Part shown: positions 58,237-64,000 of the stretch, one piece after another
Layout: each line of letters starts with the position of its first letter
Numbering within the stretch: position 1 is the first letter of the stretch
Source: an uncultured Thermotogae bacterium
Lineage (GTDB): Bacteria > Bipolaricaulota > Bipolaricaulia > UBA7950 > UBA9294
NCBI GenBank assembly: GCA_964554715.1
Contig: CAZKPU010000001.1
Coordinates: 5,833-69,832, forward strand
Length of the DNA: 64,000 bases
Direction: 5' to 3'
Notes under the pieces: generated by a model
The model's input: only the letters and a program-made list of their open reading frames with translations
What the model was told of the DNA's origin: nothing
The model's database searches: none
Made by a program: the position numbers and the translations under genes

Positions 58237-58328
58237 GCTTCGATCGTAGGGAAACGTCGTTCTCTGCACAACGGGAAAACGAGCTGGGATCTCGGCGAGG
58301 TCCGTTTTCGTGATTGGCGAAGCTCTTC

Positions 58329-59558
58329 TTAGAACTCCCATGCTTCTCCTGAGGCGAACCCGCCGACGTGCTCGGGGATGGCGTCGAATAGCAGGGTTTC
58401 TCCGGTGACGATCGCCTTTTCGCCGAAACGGTCGCGGATATGGTCGATCGATGCATTCAAGGCGGCGCGTTTGCGATCCTCTTCGAGCAAGAAATCGGGA
58501 AGGTCCTTGCGATCGGTGAGGTTGCGAACGGAAACGCCGATGTTGAACACAGTTTCCGGGGGAAGGGGCATCTTGCGGTGGATGTTGAGACAAGCGTTGT
58601 AAAGGGTCTCGCCATCATCGGTGGGAAAGGGAAGCGAAATCTGCTTGCCGCAGTGAGGGCCGAGCGCGCCGAGTCGGCATCCAAAGTATACCGTCCGTCC
58701 GACGAACCCGAGCTTCCTCATTCTTCGCGCCACTTTGTCGCACAAGCCGCGGAGGACGAGGCAAGCAAGGGGAAACGGGCGCAGTTCCGGGGGGAGTGTC
58801 TTAGAGTGCCCCACCGATTTCACGGGAGCAGCGACCGTATAGGGAATGACCGGCGTCGGATCCTTGCCTTGTCCGACGGTGTGCAGGAAATGACCGTAGA
58901 CCCCGAATTCCTTCCGCAGGTACTCCAACGGCGTAGCGCCGAGTTCGGCGAGGGTGCGGATACCGACGCGTTGCAGACGAGCGGAGATCCGAGATCCGAT
59001 CCCGCAGATCTCTCCCACCGGTGTTGTTTGCAGAAGATCGGGGATCTGTTCGGGAAGAAGCATGCCGATCCCATTCGGTTTGTGTTTCTTGGCGATCAGT
59101 TTGGCGAAAGCGCGGCTCTCGGCGATGCCGATCGTGCCTGTGATGCAGGGGCCGAGCGATTCGCGGAATTCGGTTTGGATCGACCGGGCCATCGCCATCG
59201 GACCTCCGTATCGCACCGCTTCTTGTGTGACATCCATGAACACCTCGTCAATGCTGAAGACCTCGAGCTGTGGGGTGTAATTCTTGAGGATGCCGAGAAA
59301 TCTTTGGGTGACGGCGATATAGCGGGAGGCATGACCGGCGACGAACTGTAAGGAGGGACAAAGGCGGCGTGCTTCCCAGATCGGCATCGCGGATTGGACA
59401 CCGCGACGCTTCGCTTCACGGGACGCGGCGACCACGATGGAACGTTCCTGCGGCTTCCCGGTGACGGCAATCGGTTTTCCCCGCAGCCTTGGATCGGCTT
59501 GTTGCTCCACCGAGGCGAAATAGGAATCCATGTCGAGATGGACAATGATCCTTGCCAT
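58329..59558 (-). CDS. dinB: DNA polymerase IV (Y-family)
   Basis: MARIIVHLDMDSYFASVEQ… with catalytic D-D-E residues; 409 aa. Confidence 0.85.
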   Translation of the reverse strand: MARIIVHLDMDSYFASVEQQADPRLRGKPIAVTGKPQERSIVVAASREAKRRGVQSAMPIWEARRLCPSLQFVAGHASRYIAVTQRFLGILKNYTPQLEVFSIDEVFMDVTQEAVRYGGPMAMARSIQTEFRESLGPCITGTIGIAESRAFAKLIAKKHKPNGIGMLLPEQIPDLLQTTPVGEICGIGSRISARLQRVGIRTLAELGATPLEYLRKEFGVYGHFLHTVGQGKDPTPVIPYTVAAPVKSVGHSKTLPPELRPFPLACLVLRGLCDKVARRMRKLGFVGRTVYFGCRLGALGPHCGKQISLPFPTDDGETLYNACLNIHRKMPLPPETVFNIGVSVRNLTDRKDLPDFLLEEDRKRAALNASIDHIRDRFGEKAIVTGETLLFDAIPEHVGGFASGEAWEF

Positions 59559-59561
59559 ACG

Positions 59562-59816
59562 CTACTCCTCGATGTCGATCGTGGAGAGACTCCAATGACA
59601 CGCGCGGGTGTCAAACCGTATGCAACACCGCTGAGATCCGCAGCTGACCGCGTAATGGAGAAGCTTGGTTTGACCCTGATGCTCAGGATAGACGAGATGG
59701 GTGCCGGTGACGTCGAACCGGCGGTTCCTCCAGCGAAACGCACGCAAGAGGGGGTACGGGGCCCCGATGGGGTAGATCACATATGCGTCGATCCTCTCGT
59801 CTACGGCCTGATCCAT
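59562..59816 (-). CDS. small Cys-rich hypothetical protein immediately upstream of dinB
   Basis: 84 aa. Its stop lies 3 nt before the dinB start; C-terminal Cys cluster CGSQRCC…C. Confidence 0.45.
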   Translation of the reverse strand: MDQAVDERIDAYVIYPIGAPYPLLRAFRWRNRRFDVTGTHLVYPEHQGQTKLLHYAVSCGSQRCCIRFDTRACHWSLSTIDIEE

Positions 59817-59819
59817 GTC

Positions 59820-59862
59820 GGTTCACGTGGTTCAGTGTATAGGCTGAACCGAGCTTTGTCAA
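59820..59862 (-). promoter_or_regulatory. promoter plus palindromic operator of the small-ORF/dinB operon
   Basis: Minus-strand TTGACA (59862-59857), 15-nt spacer, TATACA. The inverted repeat GGTTCAG-N8-CTGAACC (59829-59850) brackets the -10, and a third GGTTCAC half-site sits at 59820-59826. Confidence 0.45.
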
Positions 59863-59882
59863 GCGGATGTTGAGCCGGTTTC

Positions 59883-60500
59883 TTATCGAGCCTGAAGATC
59901 GGAAAACAGCGATGCCAACTCATACATCGAATGCGGTCCGGCCGCTCCGACCCGCCGCCGATAGATCAACCGCAACGCCGCGAGACGGTTGACGCGATGA
60001 AGACAGGTGTTGTGTTGAATCTCCAGGTCGTCGGCCAACTGTCGGGCCGAGGTCTGACCGGCGGTGAGGATCCGAGCCAATGTCTCCCGCATCGGGTCCG
60101 GCAAGGGACCAAGAACGGTCCACGCGTCTTGCCGCGCATCGGGTCCGGGAAGCGGCCACGTATCGGGGGATGGAGAAGACACCCCAAGCATCGCCAGATG
60201 GCGGCGCTCCAGTTTGTGAGCGAGATCATCGACAATCTCGGACTCCGGCGACGAGATGACGATGGATCGCTCACCGTACTCGCCGGCGCAGATCCGGGCG
60301 TAGGGGATGGCGATCGTTTCGTCGGCAAACGAGCCGCTCAATACGTCGAGTCCGGCGAGCGAGACAAGGAGGAACCCCGGCTCGGGAACCGCAAGCAATG
60401 CAGGGAGAAGCGACTCGCGAGCCCTCCGCCCTTCAAGACGTGTGCCAAGCCGTGTGCCGAACTGCGAAATCTCGAACCGGAATCGATATCCAGCGATCAT
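59883..60500 (-). CDS. STAS-like (DUF4325-type) domain fused to a C-terminal winged-helix DNA-binding domain
   Basis: The N-terminus (…FRFEISQFGTRLGTRLEGRRARESLLPALLAVPEPGFLLVSLAGLDVLSGSFADE…) fits the DUF4325 pattern; the C-terminus (…TSARQLADDLEIQHNTCLHRVNRLAALRLIYRRRVG) is wHTH-like. Confidence 0.45.
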   Translation of the reverse strand: MIAGYRFRFEISQFGTRLGTRLEGRRARESLLPALLAVPEPGFLLVSLAGLDVLSGSFADETIAIPYARICAGEYGERSIVISSPESEIVDDLAHKLERRHLAMLGVSSPSPDTWPLPGPDARQDAWTVLGPLPDPMRETLARILTAGQTSARQLADDLEIQHNTCLHRVNRLAALRLIYRRRVGAAGPHSMYELASLFSDLQAR

Positions 60501-60534
60501 TGTACGTTCATTGAACCCACTGAACGTGCGTTCG

Positions 60535-61386
60535 TCAAGCCGTTCCCGGATCCGGCTCTACGCCCAGCACATAACGAGGAAGCGACACGGCGATCTGAAC
60601 ACCCGCCAGAAACGGGGTCTCATAGACGTCCCCGTGTTCACTGTCCATGTAGAGCACGGCATCCCCGCTACGGATGACCAGCGTCCCGTCCCACGTCTTG
60701 ATCAGCCGGGCGATCCGTCGCAGCTCTCCTCCGCGTCCCGGATCCTCATGCCGGCTGATCCCTTTGAACAGGATCTCGTTCAGGGCCTGTGCGTGGGTGA
60801 CGTCCGAATATGTCTCTCGTGTGGAAAGGCTCCCACGCAATCCGACGCCGTCATCGGCGACCGCAAGCATCAGCTGCTGCTGCGACAGATCCTCCATGGC
60901 GGCGAGGCCGAGGACATCCGGCGCGTCTCCGGTGGCGTTGGCGTGCTGCGGGATGTTCTGGAACAGTTCGAGCATGATGCGCACCAATCCACGGCGCGAT
61001 TGCTCGGTGAGCGGATATCGAAGCGCCAACCGACGGTCGAACGTCTCTACGATCCGGCGAACGCTCCGCTCGGTATCGATTTGGGTGATCGGCTGAGCAA
61101 CGGAGGATGCCGGATCCACCGGGGATGCCTCCGCAGCAGAGCGCCGCCCGAGCCACTGCGGAAATCCCATCCTGTTCAACCGGGTTCGTATGCGGTCGTT
61201 GCGCGGCCAATCCAACGGAAGCATCTGTCCCTGTCTTCGCTTCCGGTATTCGCGGGCGGTCACGACCAGGACAAGCAGCGCGTACGGATCGATCGCTTCG
61301 ACGTCCGAGAGATCGAGACGGCCTGCGTGTCTACAAAGAACATCATCCACCCATTGGTCGACGGTCTGGATCGTCAGCTGAACCAT
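60535..61386 (-). CDS. GHKL/HATPase_c-type ATP-binding protein (anti-sigma-factor-kinase-like)
   Basis: N-box LELFQNIPQHA, G1 VADDGVG and G2 GRGGEL, preceded by a ~130-aa unassigned N-terminal region. Confidence 0.5.
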   Translation of the reverse strand: MVQLTIQTVDQWVDDVLCRHAGRLDLSDVEAIDPYALLVLVVTAREYRKRRQGQMLPLDWPRNDRIRTRLNRMGFPQWLGRRSAAEASPVDPASSVAQPITQIDTERSVRRIVETFDRRLALRYPLTEQSRRGLVRIMLELFQNIPQHANATGDAPDVLGLAAMEDLSQQQLMLAVADDGVGLRGSLSTRETYSDVTHAQALNEILFKGISRHEDPGRGGELRRIARLIKTWDGTLVIRSGDAVLYMDSEHGDVYETPFLAGVQIAVSLPRYVLGVEPDPGTA

Positions 61387-61399
61387 GAGCCTCCTGGGA

Positions 61400-62545
61400 T
61401 TAGGCGGAGTGCGGAGGGGTCTTCTTCACACGCAGTTGAAAGGCAAGCCGCTGCAGGAGGTCGCGCAGCGAGACGATCCCCACCAACCGCGTCCCATCCA
61501 CGACCAGCAACCGCTTCTTGCCTGTACGACGCATTAGGGCCAACGCCTCGTTGGCATCGGTATCCAGCGGAATTGTGTTCTCGGGCGTACACGCAAGGGT
61601 GATCTCCTTGACCGTTGTGGACTCCCACCGCTCGCGCGGGAGCTTCTCGATCTCGTCGGCGGAGACGCAGCCGATGAGCGTGTCCTCCTGGATCACCGGA
61701 AACAGGCTGTCGGGACGACGGTAGACGTATTCGTCCACCAACTGATCGACGGAGATGTAGTACGAGACTGTCATCGTATCGCGTTCGATGAAGCGCACAA
61801 CCGGCTCCCCTTCCAGGTATTCGTGGATGAGGAGTTGTCGATACGCCCCTTGCGATGCATTGTGGAGGAACAGGCCGATCATGAACCACCAGACGGCGTT
61901 TAGCAGGCTCCCGCGCCACAATGAGAACACGGCGAAGCCCATCAGAAGGAAAGCGAAACCCGAGCCGATCATCGTTGCGATCCGCGTCGAGCGCCGGAGC
62001 CTGCCAGTGAACCTCCACAGGGCGGCGCGAAGAACGCGGCCCCCGTCCAGCGGGAACGCCGGAACTAGGTTGAACGCCGCGAGCGCCAAGTTGATCGGCC
62101 AGAGGTAGGCGAGAACGCCGAGAAGAGGAAGCGGCGCCGACCATCGGTCGGCAAGAAGCGTCAGTCCGTAGAACACACCGCCAAGGAACAAGCTGGTGAG
62201 TGGACCGGCGATTGCCATGAGGAATTCGGATCGCGGATCCGGGGGTTCATCGTGCATTTCTGCGACGCCGCCGAACAGAAACAGCGTAATCCCGTGGATC
62301 GTCATCCCGGATCTTCGGGCGACCCACGAGTGCATGAACTCGTGAGCGACAACCGATGCGAACAGGAGCAGCGCTCCGACGACGCCCATTCCCCAGTAGA
62401 CCGATGCCGCCAACCCGGGGAACGACTGCGGGAACAGAGACGAAGCAAGAGACCAAGCGACGAGGAACGCGATGATCAGCCAAGAAGCGTCGACGCGTAC
62501 CTCGAACCCGAATAAGTGAAACAGCGTGATCCGTTTCCCGAACAC
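61400..62545 (-). CDS. site-2 protease (M50) with C-terminal CBS pair
   Basis: HEFMH zinc motif within TM helices; two CBS domains. Its stop is 13 nt before the GHKL gene. Confidence 0.75.
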   Translation of the reverse strand: MFGKRITLFHLFGFEVRVDASWLIIAFLVAWSLASSLFPQSFPGLAASVYWGMGVVGALLLFASVVAHEFMHSWVARRSGMTIHGITLFLFGGVAEMHDEPPDPRSEFLMAIAGPLTSLFLGGVFYGLTLLADRWSAPLPLLGVLAYLWPINLALAAFNLVPAFPLDGGRVLRAALWRFTGRLRRSTRIATMIGSGFAFLLMGFAVFSLWRGSLLNAVWWFMIGLFLHNASQGAYRQLLIHEYLEGEPVVRFIERDTMTVSYYISVDQLVDEYVYRRPDSLFPVIQEDTLIGCVSADEIEKLPRERWESTTVKEITLACTPENTIPLDTDANEALALMRRTGKKRLLVVDGTRLVGIVSLRDLLQRLAFQLRVKKTPPHSA

Positions 62546-62655
62546 CCCTGCTTCCTCCCTTTTCCCTTATGATCGTATCCTCGCCCCTACGTGTGGAGCA
62601 ATGATGGCTGCCCGGTGGCTTCATCGTGTAGGGTTTCGCGAAGGAGGCGGATCTG

Positions 62656-63444
62656 TTGATGGTACATTCTCTTGTTGTGCTGCACTGCGGGCTTCAATGT
62701 CCCTGGCACGATTGGGCTGTATCGCAGGCAGAAGAAGCGGCCGAGCGACTTCGGGCGAAGTTTGAGGTCATCGACATCTGGCGGGATCGCGAGGCGGCGG
62801 AGACGCACCGGATCTTCTCCCCCTTCCTGCTGATGATCGATGAAACGCTTCGCATCTCTTCGCCGTTCTCGTCCCAGCAGATTGAGACGTTCGTGCAATC
62901 CGGCGTTCCGGACACGGAAATCGAGCCGGTTGCCCCGCGCGTGTCCGGGATCCCCGAAGAGATCGTGCCTCTCACCCCCGGCAATCTGATGGACAGCGCT
63001 CGTGTCTGTGGCTGTCGAACCGGATGCCGCGAGATGGTGGCCAAGCAGGATTGGTACTTGCGGGTTGCCGAAGAGACGGGCAGCGAAACGATCGGTCTCA
63101 TCGGATACTGCGAGCAACAGGCGGTATGCCATGCCGAGTTCCTTCCGGCCCTTCTCTCTCCGTATCCGCTGCCCGACAGATCCCCGCAGACTGCCGTGAT
63201 TCACTGTCTGTACAATCTTGAGCAAGGTCCGGATTACCGAAAAGCCCTTCTCGAAAGCACATTGAATCATCTTGTCGGCAGGGGCTACCGCCGGATCCAA
63301 GTGGTGGTCGGGCGTCACTCGCCCGCCCCCAACGGGCCGGCATCTTCCTATGCTGAGGCGGGGTTTCGCGAGATCGCGGAAGTCGATCGGTTCTTCGTGA
63401 AACGGGGCTGGGAGACGCTTGCGCTGATGGAGTGGCTCGCCTAG
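62656..63444 (+). CDS. GNAT-family acetyltransferase with N-terminal CxxxC-containing extension
   Basis: C-terminal GNAT core (…QVVVGRH…AGFREI…); N-terminal HCGLQCPW; AAGGAGG SD. Confidence 0.5.
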   Translation: MMVHSLVVLHCGLQCPWHDWAVSQAEEAAERLRAKFEVIDIWRDREAAETHRIFSPFLLMIDETLRISSPFSSQQIETFVQSGVPDTEIEPVAPRVSGIPEEIVPLTPGNLMDSARVCGCRTGCREMVAKQDWYLRVAEETGSETIGLIGYCEQQAVCHAEFLPALLSPYPLPDRSPQTAVIHCLYNLEQGPDYRKALLESTLNHLVGRGYRRIQVVVGRHSPAPNGPASSYAEAGFREIAEVDRFFVKRGWETLALMEWLA

Positions 63445-63456
63445 CGATCCGGGAGA

Positions 63457-63486
63457 TTGACCGGTGTCCGCGGGACGCGCTACGAT
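63457..63486 (+). promoter_or_regulatory. sigma70-type promoter
   Basis: TTGACC, 18-nt spacer, TACGAT, ~50 nt upstream of GTG 63539. Confidence 0.5.
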
Positions 63487-63538
63487 CCCGTCTTGAGCCG
63501 GAGATTCGTGGCTTCTTGCATCCCTCGGAGGGGGTCAG

Positions 63539-64000
63539 GTGAAACCGAACAAGACCGTGGCGATTGTTGGAGCCGGCGTTTCCGGGCTGTCGGCCGGCTG
63601 CTATGCCTGCATGAACGGGTTCATCACGCGGATCTATGAGATGAACAGCCATCCCGGCGGGCTTTGCGCGGTGCGGGAGAAGGACGGATACACGATCGAT
63701 GTGTGCCTGCAATCCGTTGATGGCTGCGCAGACCCAAATCCGTACTATCGGATGTGGCGTGAGTTGGGGATGATCGGCACGCAGACGTTCGTTTGTGACG
63801 AGGCGCTGGTGCGTATCGAGGATGCGGATGGCTCTGCGCTGACTCTTTATGCGGATGCGAAGCGGCTTCGGCGTCACCTTGCCGGTATTGCTCCCGAAGA
63901 CAGGGACCTGATCAGAGAGTTCAGCGAAGCCGTGCTGAGGCTGGGAGGGCGGCGATCTGGATTGACCAAGCCGAGAGAGCTGGCCGCTCCGGTGTCGTTC
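63539..64000 (+). CDS. FAD-dependent oxidoreductase, CrtI family (partial; paralogue of 6642-8093)
   Basis: GTG start after GGAGGGGG. VAIVGAGVSGLSAG dinucleotide motif. Its N-terminus is collinear with the 6642-8093 protein. Confidence 0.65.
   Translation, partial: MKPNKTVAIVGAGVSGLSAGCYACMNGFITRIYEMNSHPGGLCAVREKDGYTIDVCLQSVDGCADPNPYYRMWRELGMIGTQTFVCDEALVRIEDADGSALTLYADAKRLRRHLAGIAPEDRDLIREFSEAVLRLGGRRSGLTKPRELAAPVSF

Noticed and set aside
1-64000. Mobile elements, prophage, rRNA/tRNA genes
   Set aside because: No transposase-, integrase- or phage-like ORFs and no recognisable tRNA cloverleaf candidates in intergenic gaps. Composition looks uniform by eye.

Overview
This is a densely coding window from a high-GC bacterial chromosome (about 60-65% GC by eye). 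I recognised no rRNA, tRNA, CRISPR array, transposase or integrase.

- 1-4730: an aromatic amino-acid operon on the minus strand (aroH-pheA-aroF-tyrA-aroA; aroA runs off the window edge). It is preceded by a classical ribosome-mediated attenuator: a near-consensus promoter, a leaderless 32-aa leader peptide MRKDLMVDVSRSSSPTQVRFYYYFPVGFPDVV, and an intrinsic terminator.
- 4728-9837: an orphan SagB-type dehydrogenase, a PKD/lamin-tail lipoprotein, a CrtI-like oxidoreductase and two hypothetical proteins.
- 9990-17374: a reductive-TCA signature operon, acn-iclR-icd-aclB-aclA (two-subunit ATP-citrate lyase).
- 17409-30241: an 11-gene hopanoid/isoprenoid supercluster (RR-ispA-hpnH-hpnG-ispG-shc-ispH-yjbQ-hpnC-hpnD-hpnE) headed by two NarL-type response regulators and a DesK-like polytopic HisKA_3 kinase.
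- 37307-43804: an anaerobe-type 'orange protein complex'-like cluster (CGGC, Mrp, DUF89, two MinD-ferredoxin ATPases, two NifX-like proteins) divergent from DUF134, which is translationally coupled to holA.
- 43779-55505: yajC-secD (no secF), mgtE, ggt, ybaK, pepF, and a CIRCE-controlled Clp ATPase that lacks an M-domain.
- 55549-63444: a second PKD lipoprotein, a DUF72 protein, then a dinB operon with a small Cys-rich partner gene and a palindromic operator over its -10, immediately downstream of an S2P protease / GHKL ATPase / STAS-wHTH module, and a GNAT acetyltransferase.
- 63457-64000: a near-consensus promoter and a second CrtI-like oxidoreductase paralogue that runs off the window edge.

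Fourteen adjacent gene pairs overlap by exactly 4 nt (ATGA/GTGA). The high GC produces many long spurious antisense ORFs in the six-frame track.

The most novel-looking candidates are:
- the S2P-GHKL-STAS/HTH-dinB neighbourhood;
- the two-component wiring of the hopanoid operon;
- the ORP-like cluster coupled to holA.
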